64,000 nt of DNA from the NCBI RefSeq assembly GCF_022539665.2, contig NC_081331.1, forward strand, positions 9,424,001 to 9,488,000, given 5' to 3'. Below, one piece after another: positions 36,201 through 49,800 of this stretch. The position numbers and the translations under genes are program-made. Source of the stretch: Daphnia carinata (Eukaryota). Each line of letters starts with the position of its first letter. The stretch's first letter is position 1. The notes under the pieces are model-generated. The model had not been told where the DNA came from and did no database searches. It saw only the letters and a program-made list of their open reading frames with translations.

Positions 36201-37118
36201 GTTTTTAAGTATGTACTGTATAACATGCTATTAATAGAAATATTATATATTCATTAATTTCATAACATTATTTGAAAGATTGCTGTTAGCATTACCTTTC
36301 CCTGGATATGCACATTGGGACCTCGAGACAAGTGGGGCTGTTGGCTTTGAGTCAACAATGGAATCATGAGTTTGTGCTGCGAGTGACAAAAGGTTATGTA
36401 CATTAATTATTTAATATGCTTAACAGGAATTCTTCCTTGGTCTTACCTTATCCTCCATTTCCACATTTCTTAATAACAGAGACTAAGTGTTGATGTATAC
36501 TCTACAATGTCTTGGATGACGTATGGCAGCAACATTATAAGGAATGGTTTCGATTGCTACATCATACCTTAGTGCCTTGAATAACTAAAAGATTAGTAAA
36601 TTTAAGTAAATAAAAACTTGATAGATTTACCTCTGGCATCAGCACATAAACTCTTATAATTTTATTCATCCTTTTTTCTGTAATACAAATAGTAAAATTA
36701 ATAAACCGATACATCATAGGAAAACACATCTATAGTAACGAAATTAATTAAATATCCTACCTACTTGGCAAAAGTATGTATAAAATATAAGGTAATAGAA
36801 ATAAAACAATTAACGTGTACCTGTATTGAGAATCCTTTTGTCGCTAGATCGGGAGTCCGTTTGACGTATACAACACTTATCATCAATAAAAAAAAAGTCC
36901 TAATGTCGATGGCACGGGAGTCATCTTGTCGGAAAGTGTAGCGCTCGTTGGTTTCAGCAACAATTTACTGTTGCGCCCAAACGTCGGGGACCAGTAGTCC
37001 AAACGTCGGTGGACAGATGTCCTAACGTCGGGTTCCAGAGTCCAAGTGTCGGAAACCTGCAACCAAAAGTCGGAAACCCTGGAGTCCTTTTTGTAACTCG
37101 CCCAAAAGAGTACATGCC
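33261..37118. mobile_element. Non-autonomous Mutator-like (Pack-MULE-like) element with ~460-bp TIRs, 8-bp TSD TTTTAAAC, carrying a DHX37 fragment
   Basis: 33261-~33725 is the imperfect reverse complement of ~36655-37118. Both termini start GG. TTTTAAAC lies directly outside both ends (33253-33260, 37119-37126). No transposase inside. Confidence 0.85.
34481..36136 (-). pseudogene. DHX37: Captured 3' half of DEAH-box helicase DHX37/kurz with introns (35964-36020, 35735-35789, 34710-34775)
   Basis: [20 protein letters not shown] (motif VI), [83 protein letters not shown]. In-frame TAG at 35352, frameshift near 35300; motifs I-V absent. Confidence 0.9.
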
Positions 37119-37272
37119 TTTTAAACACACCTAGTTATTTTTTACATCTAGTGGCGTAAAAAAGAACTTGTCTGCCTGAGGCTAAATCGACATCGGCACA
37201 CAATTTTCCCAAAGCAGATCCTCCTCTATTCCTCCTTCTTGATGATAGCGGGAAACAACGAAACAGTGTAAC

Positions 37273-40200
37273 ATGGAAGCCGAAGATATTGAACCGGATG
37301 GAATGATTTTTCCATCAAAATCAAAGAAACAGAGAAACCTTGTTTTATTGGATTCGGACGATGAATTATCAGAAGAGCAAACAAATAAACTGTGTGATCA
37401 AAACTCCGTCAGAAGTACATCATCTTCACATGAACAAGAATTTGACAACGTTAATTCATCAGGTAATAGTTATGGAATCAGGAATTTTGGATTTAGCCCC
37501 TTTTCATTTCTGACTCATTTAAGACAAACATTATTGGCAAAATATTTTTATGAAGCTGTAAAAAAATTTTTAAAGTGCTAGCTACTAGACAATTGTGTAC
37601 TGATTGATCATATTTTTGAATCTTCCAGGTGAAAAAAATTCAAAAAAAAAAATTAAGACGTTCAAGGATTAAGCCATTGTGGCTTTCAGAAGAAAGTGAC
37701 AGTAGTAGTAATGACAACAGTTCATCTTGTTTGTCAAAGAAAGATAACACTCAGAATAGAGTTTCAAAGAAAAAGTTAACTAGTGACTCGGATGGCGATA
37801 GCACAAGTCAGTACAAGTTTTATGTTAATCCTACCAACCAATATCTTCACATTTTAAAAATTAAAAAAATTCCTATAATAGCTTAAATGAATTGTATGTC
37901 TTTTAGGATTGTGCAAACTAAAAAACTAAGTTGTGTTTGTTTTGGTATATATTGATGACAAAAATTTCTTAATTGCTTAGATTACCACGAAAATTTGAAG
38001 AAAAAAAGTTCTCAACTAAGCTCAGAATGGTGTTCCGGAAACGAAAGTGATGCTAGTTGTGAAGGTAAACTGAGTGTTCATGTTTGTTATTACATTGATC
38101 AAATTGTTTCAGTTACCATATTATTTTTGAAGAAAACTGCAGTGTGATTAAATGCTCATAAATTCATTTTGATTCAGGAGAGGATTCGGGAAAGAATCTA
38201 AACAACATTTCCAAATCATTTATTAACAAGAATGTGGTATGCTTTTCCATTTTCTAAATATAAATTTAACTAGTAATTATTAAGTGATTGTTTGAATGCC
38301 TCAGACATTCTGTTCAAGTGCATTTATGATTGCAAGTTACTTAGTCAGTAATGTCTAATACCTTAAATAGTTTGAGGTTGATTTTGTAAGCATTTACAAA
38401 TAATAGTAGAACAATTTTATTATGCTACTTGGAGCTAGGATCGTATTTAGTGTACCACTCGACAAATAAGTAGTTTTGTGATTTATTTTCATTTAGAAAA
38501 AGAAACCCAATGAGGAAATGCAGGAAATACAAAGGGAGTCTCAGCGGATGGTACGGGAATCGTCTGTTTGTCTGCCCTACCACAAAGTAAATTTTCCACT
38601 ACCCTTCGTCATTGTTTTCTGGTGAAAGTCTCAAGTATTTTTGTCTTATTTTGCAGCCAAAACAAAGAAGTCTTATCGAATTCCTCAATCGCAAAAGACT
38701 AAGCGTGGTTGGCACGGTTACACCGAGGCCTAAGGATGTGGATTCTGTTGTGTAAGCCCAGATTTACTATAGTTTATATAATGAACGAGATACTATTTTA
38801 TTTCGACTTCTCAGACAAGTACTAGAAGATCGTGTTAAAGAAATTGAAGAGTTTTTCAAATCTGAATCAGAGGAATCTCAGTCCGATAATGAAATTGGGG
38901 ACAAATTTGCGAGCCTTCCTCGTCAAAGAGATCAAATGCATCAACACGAACAACATGAATGTACACCAGCCGATCCTATTCAGGCTCCCGCTTGCTCCAG
39001 CGAGATTTCCGACTCTACAGATCAAATTCCTTTTGAAACTGAAAAAGTCAAAATTGCAGCTGTGCAAGGTACTGCAGATTCCGAAGCAGTCTTGCCAGAG
39101 GAGGAAACAGAAACAGTTAGAAACACCATCCTTCAACAGGATAACTCTTGTTTAAAAAATTCCATAGAAAAAACTCTTGTCCCATTAAAAGACGATGGTC
39201 TCAAGAGCTTACATGGATGTATGTTGGATGTACGTGCTGATCCCTGTCACGACGATCCCATGTCTTACAAAGAGAAGGTGGAAAACGTTAAGCGGCTGTC
39301 AATAGCCAAAATAAGCAAACCTACGTTGCTTGGTCGACCCGGTCAAGTACTCGATTTCGATCTCGATACAACCTGTACGCCAGATCTAAAAGCCAATGTG
39401 AATGATCTGATAAAGCGGTTTGTCCAGCAAGTCACAAGTACTAAGAAATCACCGCAGAAGAAAGACCGCCAGATCAGGTATGGTCGAGCGTTAATACTTT
39501 TGTAAACTCTTCTATATGTTCTGTATTCCCTTAGCATCGTTCACAAAGTTATGAATGCGGATGGCCAAATTGAATTAAAAAGGGATGTACTAAACGTTCC
39601 TGTCGATAGTAATTCGTCGGAGCGCGCATCTGTAGTTCGTCGTCAATTTCTGAAAGACTCTTTGCGTCAATCTATATCAGCAAAACGGGCTGTTGATCGT
39701 ATAAAAAAAATAGAAAATCAACAAGTTCAGGATGAAGATTTCCCGTTAGGTATCCGTAATTACCAATTTCAAACAATTCCTCTTTCTATCTTCTTCTTTT
39801 AACCGTATTTTTAATCGACCAATTATTCCTTTACAGATGATAAGCTTGACAGTGAACCAGAAGAAGAAATATTATCAGATCATTCAGATACGGAATCAGA
39901 AGAAGAAGACGGATATAACTTTGAGCGCACTAAAAAAAGAAAGAAAAAGAAAAGTACATTTGTTGAGGAGGAGGCTGAAGACAGTGACCAAGACGAAGAA
40001 GATTCCATTGGCTACGAGGAAAACGACGAAACCAAAGATACATCAACAGTACCAACGTCTAACCAGTCTAACGATCAAAATAATGGCTTTGAACGTCCGC
40101 TCAACTTCGAAGTGGAGGCAAAAAAGCTCGACTCGTGTTTAGAGCAGAGTACAGCTATCCTAAGATCGGATATGAATCCTGGCTTGAAAGTAAATATCTT

Positions 40201-41885
40201 AATTTACACCATGATTTCATTTTGCAACACAGTTTCGATTTTTCAGGGAATCGGGTGTTCTAGTTCATTTGAGGATCTTACTCCAAACCTGGACATGAGT
40301 GATAGTTCTGAAGAAGAAGATATTATTCCGAAGTTAAAGTGTTCACAAAACAATGAAACTTCAAACGTCGAAGAACTATTGGCCCTCTGCTCGGGAAAAT
40401 TCCCTGGTAAGTGTTGTCAGAGATTTATTTTTTCCTTGTATGGTTAGCTAACGTATTTTACCATGTAGATTCATTTTCTGGAAGAGACACGCAAATAAGC
40501 AGTTTGACCGAAAATGCTGATGACGATTCTGATGAAGAAGTCAAGCCTTTCGCAAGAATAATTCCAATTGCAGACGATGATGATGAAGATGGCTCTATTA
40601 GCGCTCACCCAAAGTTCGTTTCTGAAAATGACGCCGATGAACCTGGAACTGTGCCTTCTTTTTTGGAGGATGATGAAAAATCGATGTCAAAGGTGAAGAA
40701 AAGGGCCCGCGTTTGTCTGTCAGATGACGAAGATGAAAATATCGATGAAGACCATTCGCTTGTCGAAGAAGAGGAAATGCATGAAGAGGAACGAGAATTT
40801 AGAGGTTTGACTGAGTTCTTTGAAGACGAGGCCGAACTGTCCGGTTCCGAAATTGGGAGTGGTGACGAACGAGAAGACGAAATGGATGACTGGGAGGAGG
40901 AGGAAGGCGATAAGGAGGATATTGATGAAAACGAAGTTCGTGAGCAAGTTGGAAGAGCTCATATGAAGACAATGCTTGATCAAGATCAACGTGATGTACG
41001 ACTTTTTCAAGAGCTTTTTCTCGAAGACGGTGATTTGCATTCTGATGGCGGTGGAAGGCAAAGACAATTTCGGTGGAAACAGGCCGATGGTGAAGACACC
41101 GAGGGAGACAATGCCCGTCCAAAAAGTCAAGAAGATGAAGAAGATGAAGCCGCCGACGAACAGGATGATCTCACGTGGAGAAAAATTCGCAGTGATAGAG
41201 AAAAATGGCTCCAGCAACAAAAGTCGCAACAGGTAGGTCGGTTTTCCAACGTCGTAAAAGGTCTTCAGTTTACTGATTAACCATTTTTGCTGCCAAATAT
41301 TTGGTATACAGGAAACGAATAAAGAAGTGCCATTGCTTATGAGCCGGAAGGCTAAAATGGTAAAAATCAACACTGCTTCCAAAACCATTAATCAAGTTGC
41401 AGAAGGCGAACCCTCCACAGCGACTGCCAACGCCAAGCAATCAACATATTCTAAGTCGAACATTGTGTCCACTGTAGGTTACTTTTAAGAAGTGCCTAGT
41501 ACACTGTAGGGGGAGATCAGTCTTTACATAGTTTCGTACTTTAAATTTGCTAGGTGAGACGCGGGTCTTTTTTACGCAGAAGTGAAAAGGATTTATCAGA
41601 ACTGGCATCGTTAACAAAATCCGTGTTGCCGGTTCAGGCACCAAGAGTGGGTTCCAATTTTGTATTTGCATCGATTACTCCGGAGAGGCCAGTCGCCGAG
41701 CCAAAAAGGAAACTCAAACAAGATGTAATACCGAAGTTAATTTGTGGTATGCTTTTGCTTTCGATTGTAATACTTCTTTTTCTTTCTTACAGGATTCTAA
41801 ATGCGATTCGTCCAAGCAAAATCCAGTACCAGCTAAGAAAGCTAAAATGTCTCTGAGTGCAAAGAGTATTTTCTCCTACTTTTAA
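37273..41885 (+). CDS. CLSPN: Claspin (replication checkpoint mediator), multi-exon; apparent 1-nt indel in A-run 37642-37652
   Basis: QRMVRESSVCLPYHKPK, Chk1-binding-type repeat VEELLALCSGKF, FFEDEAELSGSEIGSGDE, DQRDVRLFQELFLEDGDLHSDGGGRQRQFRWK, RGSFL, NFVF and C-terminal KSIFSYF*; many short GT-AG introns. Confidence 0.92.
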
Positions 41886-42648
41886 ACGCTATTTTTTATG
41901 TATATGTTTGATTCAATTTTCAACCCAAGTGCGTGTACACGAATTTCGAGAATTTTATCTCAATTTTCACTCTATGAATACAATCTAGATTTCATATCAT
42001 TTAAATTCCGAAAGGACAATTCGGACTCAATGGGTACTCAGATAACAACCTGAACTACGTGGAACGGGGCAACCAAAATATCTATAGTTTTTGAACAAAA
42101 TGGAGCTTTAACTTTTTTTTTCCGTTGGAAAAAACCTGAGAAAAAAATTTAATTAAATAAAAAAATCATTAGTTAAATTTAAGTGAAATTATTAGAAATT
42201 ACTCTAACTAGCGAATAAGGTTCAATATTTTAAACCAGGTGGTCAATTTACCGATCAAAGAGGCTAGCCGAGATATATATTGGTAAATTAAATATAACTA
42301 GTGTTCTATTATTGTTGATCGAGAGAACATGAATTTCGTTAAGTACACTTGAACTTAAATATACAGCCCTAAAACTCACAGCACGTTGTACGGAATGCTT
42401 GTAAAATATGTTACAGAAAATCCTTGTATTGTTAATTTTATTTACTTGTGTTTTTTTTTTCTTTTGCCTATAGAGCCTGTCATAAAAACAACGTTGGTAC
42501 ACTTCAGAAATAAGGTATAACAATTTCCTACCCATCATCTAAATAAAGAGAGTATCAAAGACGTCGCTTTAGTATGATTCTTGGTTTATTAGTAATCATA
42601 TCAACGAGGTCGAGACAAGTGTACACATGTCTGCTTGACTCATTGCAG

Positions 42649-43808
42649 TGTGATCGACAGTGGAGTCGGCAAGCAGCCGCTTCCAGGTTATTCCGACAAT
42701 AGCAAACGTGGTTAGGGCAAAACGCAGGAAAATCACAACCAAACTCACGATGGATGACATTGATACCTACCTTGACTCAGTTCTAAAAAAGGACATCAAA
42801 CTCCGCGTAAAAGACCATTGTTTTGCTGCTAGAACAAGTGAACAAACGTTTATTGGTTGTTTCTTTCTCAGAAATTCATTCAAGGTACTCTGGAAAATGG
42901 GCCTACTAGTGATAGTGATGAGCAAGATGGTGAAAACAGAAAAGAGAGTTTATCGTTTATGCCTTCCACGAGTTCTGACCTACCTGCAACCGAAACTGAT
43001 TATGGATCGTCATCAGTGGAACGTGCACCTGCCGAGATGAATCAGAGCTGTGATCCCGTTGACACGTCGTCGTTTGAAGTGAGCGTCACTGATGATGATC
43101 TGCCAGACTTGATCCTTCATTTCGCTGAACCTAACGATTTTGAAAGGTTAGTCATTCCTTATTTATTTGGTTTTCTAGATTGCTTGCTCTTAACTACAAA
43201 AAAATATTTGGTCGACATTGGCTAAAAGAATATCGGCTCGAGAACTTGTTTCGTTTGCTATCGATGGAAGTCTGGCATAGCACATTGTTGGCCGACTAGA
43301 GAATGTTGAAAACAGATTGAATTTGTAGTATTTGTGCGCATAAAATTCTCTGGGCATTATTATGAGGTTTTGAGTTTTATACAAAAAACAAAAATAAGAA
43401 AACTAACTAAACAAAACGAAAAACCTCGAACGAAACTAGAGATATTTCTACCACCAATATTGGTGCATTTCTGATCGAAGCTGCAAATCAACTGAAAAGC
43501 TTCCGTTTTCCAGTAGAACTTAGTGGTCCGTTCGTTGGCATTTCTCAAATGCTAGTTACAATAGTAGATATAACGGTGTTCGTCTATTTTCAAGAGACTG
43601 CGTGTCAGCCCATGTCAAGCGCCTGAAACGAGAGATAGAAGAGTCTGCCAAACGCAAAGAGAAGCGGCATGAGCAACCAAAGCAACGCCAATTTACGGGG
43701 AAACCCGTCGACGCCGGCAACAACGTCCGAAGGGCAATGAAACCGAAACCTCGTCGACGTCAATGTAAAAAGCCATATGGTTTGGTAAAAAAATCCAACG
43801 ACGCCTAA
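42649..43808 (+). other. Unidentified exon-like segments (acidic and basic low-complexity peptide), possible gene remnant
   Basis: Open frames 42660-42808, ~42885-43146 and ~43595-43808 bounded by plausible splice sites. No recognisable domain or clear start. Confidence 0.3.
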
Positions 43809-46800
43809 AATATTCCTATGTTACTATGTTTATTAAATCTGCCGCTAGATGGCGTTTTGTTTTTTCTCTGAGCTCTGTTCGTTAAAATTTTGTTGAAGTT
43901 GCGCTAAATTTAAAGAAATTATTCAAGTTGGAATATATAATTTCGTTGAACGAAATTTGCAGTCTTTCAGCATTTATTTAGCTAGTTACCCTATGAAATA
44001 AACTTTTCCCTATACTTCTACGAGGGTATCAAACTAAATTTATTTTTGTGTCTTGCTGTATTGGTTAGTCAGACTATGGCGATCAGCGAAAGTTCAGTAT
44101 TATTTTATCATGATGTAAAAGAGTAACTTTTTTGGATTTGGCGCGCGCCGTGCGATGAGATTTGTGTTATGGCGCCAAAAGTCCGTGCGAGCAGCGTGTC
44201 CTATCATGCAGACTCGCGAGCGGCGCGTAATGTGCATCGCGAGCACACAAAGTACGTATTTTCTTCGTTTGAGAGAGAAAGAGAGACCCAAATGGTTCAG
44301 AGCAATGGTCGCTCTCTCTCTCTCTCTCTCTCTTCTGACAAAAAGGAATGAGAGAGGTGGAGGAAGGGGAAGGAGGGGGGATGGGGGACTGACGCAGGCG
44401 GAGTGTGGTGAAATATACTCGCTTCAATAGCGATGGTAACGCGGGTAGGACCTCGTTCAATAAAGAGAGAACTAGCTGCACGCAGTTGTTGGCCACGAAT
44501 GAGGATTCAGCTGCCATTCGTTCCAAAGAGTGGAAAAAAGGGTCAGGGCATTGCGTTTAGTCAAGCGAGTATATCGACCGTGTTTTCAGACGCGCACAGC
44601 TATGGCGACGGGGAGAGGGGAAAAATATAAAAAAGAACGATGCTGAGTCAGACGGCAAAGCAGCAAGCAACGAGTATCTCTTTCTCCTAGATTTTACTCG
44701 AACAAAAAAAAAAGTCGGTTCCAACGTTGCCATTCTTTTCCGTTACATTTTCATTCCTGTTCTTTTTCATTCTTTTTTTCCGTTGGTCTCTGTTACAAAA
44801 TTTCTATCGTTGTTGAATGTTTCATTTTAGTTCTTCTACCGCCTTCTTTGAAAATTAATTTTAATGCGGTATGATCTCGAATTTTAAATGAAATGACCTA
44901 ACTAAACAAAAATGTCGTAAGAATGAATCACATCAAGGAATTTTTGGGTGGGATGCGAGTTGGGAAAGCGAATCGATAGAGTACATTTTTCTTTAAAGAA
45001 AAAGATATTAAAGAACTCGTCTGCTAAAGTCTCCATGAAATCAACCTAGCGGAGAATAAATTACATTTAATAGAACTAGATGTCTCATGTGTTCATATGT
45101 TTATGTGTACGATGAGCGCGCTAGAAAAGTACGTTGCAACTACACGTTTGCATTTTGAAGAAAACGTTACACGAAACATTTCTAGTGGCAACGTTGCGGA
45201 GATGGGTGGGCGAATGGTGGGGTTGATGGGCCAGTCGACATTGGCGCGTACGAAACCAGACGAAAGGCACGAGGATGGGAAGGCCTTGATAAGGGGAGAG
45301 CAACAACACACGACTGAGGGAAAAAAAGGACGGCCAGAGAGAGACTGATGAAAACAAGTAGACGGAGAAAAATAAAAAAAAAGGAAAAAGAAAAAGAGAG
45401 AGCCGCGCGCCAGCTTCGTTCGCAGCCGTGCCAGAGCTGGTTTATTCTAAGCCAAAGCCACACGAACTGAGACTAGCGCCACTAGTGGCAGACTTTCTTG
45501 TCTCAAGAAACTCTACGACTTCTTGTGCGTTACAAAACTATTCTTTGTTTTGTTTTTTTGAATTTCCCTCATTGGAGTTCAAATCGTCGGCCAAGAAAAC
45601 AAGAGTTTTTGTCATAATAGCTACGGTTATATTAGGGAATCCTAAACGAATGTAAACGACTGACTATTTCTGATGCAAATAAGAGGACAAGACACTGGAC
45701 TCTTTTCAATGGGATATTATCATAAAGATGATGTTGAAATGGTGACAATAGTCAAAGTTATGCGGCTACTTGCTCATTCAGTACCGAATGCGTTCACAAC
45801 GCGCATGTTGGAACTTGTGTTTAAAAAAAATCAAAAGTCAACACGTGATTCCGGGTTCGACGACAAGTGGAGCTATCCGATGAGTTGCCATGTATATTAG
45901 CCAAACTGTCCAATGGAGACATCAAAATCCCCATTGTTTTGTTATCATTTGAATGGTCATGAACAAGACATTACAGGGTTGTCATAAATCAGTAACTTTA
46001 TTAGTGTGCATCTTTAAACGGAAGGGCTTCACACCTTTGTTTTCAATAACTTTATTGTTTCAAGCAGAAAAAGCAGGTTTTTAAATTGAAAGACTGATTT
46101 ACGGCGGGTGGGACAAAAGATTTTGGACATTGATGTCGGTGTGGTCAATGCGATCAAGATCTCGTGGGGTCCCACGTTTACAAGAAATGAATAGCAGGGG
46201 GTCTAACGAGTTAATTGTATATTGGCTCAATGTATGGGGAAGGTACGACGTGCGTATATATTATTGTGTAGATTTAGACGGATACCTTCCTATATGCTCG
46301 ATTGACACCAATGAAGGCGTGGGGCTCTTTTGTGTATTTAGTGCCTTTAAGGTTTGATGTGTTTGTAAAAAAAAAGGGCACGTGCCTCTATCGAAAGAAA
46401 ATGCCTGTCAGTATGTTGCCATTTAGAGAAGCTAGTTGAAAAATGGAGCCCTTCATTTTCAGTGGCGGTGCTGTTTTGAAAAAGAGACTCACGGTAAGAA
46501 ACAGACAAAAAACACGAGGGGGGTTAGATTGATTGTTTGATACTCGTCCTCCTATTTGTCGCCATAAATAAATTGAAAAAAGGAGAATACGTGGACACGA
46601 TATCCACCAATCCGGTATTTATTTTTATTTTGTACATGCTTGTTTTATACGACCTATTACAACAACAACAACAAACGAATGAAAACACGAGGTGTGACAC
46701 TAATGAGTGTCTCCTCTTTAAAACTGCCGCTCGTATTCATCGCACACGGCCAATGGAAGGGGGGATTCCCATTCATTATCACTAGGGCTTTTCAACAAGT

Positions 46801-49800
46801 ACAAATGTCTATGCTAGATTTCTAAGCGATAGGTGTCGTGTGGGTGTAATGGACATTTGCCACTTTTTGTTTTTCGGTCTTTTGTTTAGAAATGTACGCT
46901 ACGAGTTCAATGTTTTATGGCTAGTGTTAAAAGTGGATTCGTAACCTATGATGAGAACTTCATCAGTCTGATGCATACATCGAAAGAAAGAAGAACAAGA
47001 ACTTGTTCTTCATTTTTTTTTTCTTTTCTTCTTTGGGCGCTTGAGGCAGTGTGGAACCAACCGGTCGAAACAGAAACCTTCCTCTGTGCATACCTGCGTG
47101 CAAGAAGAAGAAGTTCGTTCCGCCCTGTGTGCTGCTTTATTTCGCTGCTGGCTGTTTGGCTTAAGTCAAAAACTTATGTCGTCTGCTTTTCTTTACGTTG
47201 TATCATTTAAATTGTACCAGACTGTCGTCTAAAATAAAATAATTTTTTTTGATCATTTTTGTTAGTATGTCGTGAGGTTTGATGAAATTGATGTCTTTGT
47301 ATGTTAAAGAAATAATAGTTTAGAATTGTTTTAATGATGCACTAAGAATTTCCGATAGATGACGTCAGATGAAAGCGACTAAAAATTGTTCGAGGGACTT
47401 TTTGAACTGGCCGCTATTTTACGTTTACCGTCCTCCCTTTTCCCGCCCTTTCCGAGCGGGGTTTTTCGACCGATTCGATGTTGTCGAGTCTCGTCATTTC
47501 CTCTCTCTCTCTCTCTCTTTTTTTCTTTCTTTACGTCTTTTGCGCCGCTCTTTGCTGTGTCTCTCTATCTCCTTTGGTATTCCTTAAGTCGCGAGTTGTG
47601 CAGGCGAATGGGGAGAGACAAGAAAGAACCAAATAAAAAATAATATAAAAAAAAAAGAAAAGAAAATAATATCTATCTATCTATTCCCTTGCTACTGCTG
47701 CTCCGGAAAGAGAAGAGAGAGAGAGAGCTCGGGTAAAGGCAAGCCCAAAACCCCGGTCGAACAAAAGGGGGACGAAGCAAAGGAAAAAAAGAGAGAGAGA
47801 GAACGAAGAAGATGGAATGGAGAGAAACGAAATAACGGGCTTTTTTCCGATTGGTGCATGCGACTTCTTCTACGAAATTCCACCCCATATCCCCCCTCCC
47901 TTGCAATAGCGCCCCCAGGCTCTGCCTGCCCCTCTCGTTTGGAAGCAAGTCCCCCCTTCTCAATAGAGGGCGACGGACGGTGGAAATAGACAGAAGGGGA
48001 GAGAAGAAGAAGTGGGAGGACGGGGGGAGCTCTTTCTCTCTTCATATCGTCACCCAGCAAACGAGGAGGCGGGCTGGGAATAGCTAGCACAGCCAGCACT
48101 ATACCAAAGCTAGCTATCCCTATTGAGTAGCGCCACCGTTCTGTATACACACAGTATAGCCCTATAGTCTGACTGGGTAGGACGTGTGCTTCTGCAGTTG
48201 CTTGAAAATATAATCATTTTTCATACACATACACATACGCACACGAAGCCGGGAAAGACGGAACAACAACAACAAACGTCGGCTTTTTCATACGCTATCG
48301 ACGGCAACGTTATCTTTGCCGTATTCATCGTTACAAAGAAAAAGCCACTGATTGACAAAACCAAAACTGACTGTGGCATCGTTTCGTGCATTCGTTTCTT
48401 CGTTTGCCATCCAGCAAACTTGATTTTTGAAAATTGGTGATTGAAAGCAGCTTTGTCGGCAAAACCAACGGGTGATCTTCAAACACATTCAGACGCAATT
48501 GTCTAACTGGAAACTATTCATTATGCCTAATGAAAGGGTTTGCAGATAAGATGACGGATCATCAGGTAAGAAAAAAAATACTTTACACATTTTTTGGTTT
48601 TTTGCTTTAGTAAAATTAAGATAAATAGTCTGTTTATGCTGCAAAGACGATGATAAATGTACGGATGTAAAACATGGGTTGAACGTGGAAATTTACCACT
48701 TATAAGGATTTTGAAAAATCCATGGCACAACAGCTTGGAAGGACAATTGTGAAACACCAGTAGTTAAAAACTCCAACAGCCGAATTTTTGTTATGTTATT
48801 TTTTATCATTATTATATTTTTGTATTTTGGCGCGGTCGTTGTCGTCGTCTGCAACGTAGCCGTCAAAACACGCGGGCTCGTCTCATTGATGGTTGCTGAC
48901 AGTTGCGAGCCCGTGCAAGTCGGAAGATGGGGGCAGAACGGCGGGTTTAGTTGTTATGGAAACGGTGCTGCCCATTTTTTTTTTCTCGTGTGTGAAAACC
49001 GGTTCTGATGTGGCGACGGTGGAGGTCGCTGCGGCGGTTGCGCACATTAAACTGGTTCGTTCGATTTTGGAACTGCCACATTGCTCTGTCTATGCTATCT
49101 AGTATTATGTGTGTGTATGTGTGTGCATATATACATTTACTTTCCGTTTGTCGCCATGCGTGTTAGTGTTTTTCAAAAAGACGTTTAATCTGACCAGCAC
49201 TGGATGGCGCTGATTCACCTCATACCAATAACGTATAGATATTTCTTCAGTTGAGCCAACCCGCCGAAGATAAAATAAAACTCGACCTTTTCTTTTGAAA
49301 AAAAATATACAGTCCGATTCATAGGTGATGGAACTTGCCAAAGACACACACGAGGAAGGCCCTTTTTTTTATGGTCAGGACGTACTATACACAACTCGTA
49401 GGGAAGGAAAGAAAAAAAGGATCGAGTCTCAGGTAGAAAAAAAAACGTGCAGGTAGAAAAGGTTCTGTGTTCGTGGAAGGAGACAGACATTGCAAGGGGG
49501 TGGGCTGTTTTCCTTCTTTTCCCTTAGCAGCCGGTCAAGAAAGACACTGCGGATGGCCGCAGGACATTTTACCGGAGCTTGGAAAGAGAGAAGGAGAGAG
49601 AGAGAGAGAAAAAGGTAGATATTCTCTTGCGTTGCGTCGAGGAAGACAACTACGAAGAAAAACTTGTATCTACCTCGCTCAGGTGTTTTCTCAACTGAAA
49701 CTCGAAACGTCTTTTTTTTTCGGAACCAGATGCTTGACGCGTCCTCCTTTAGAGAAACTTGGTCCAAAAAAAAAAATCTGCTGTATTATTTTTTTAATGA

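Noticed and set aside
40720..41388. 222-aa antisense ORF over Claspin, and similar antisense ORFs over pol, nerfin and SERTA
   Set aside because: Shadow ORFs produced by codon bias of the sense gene.
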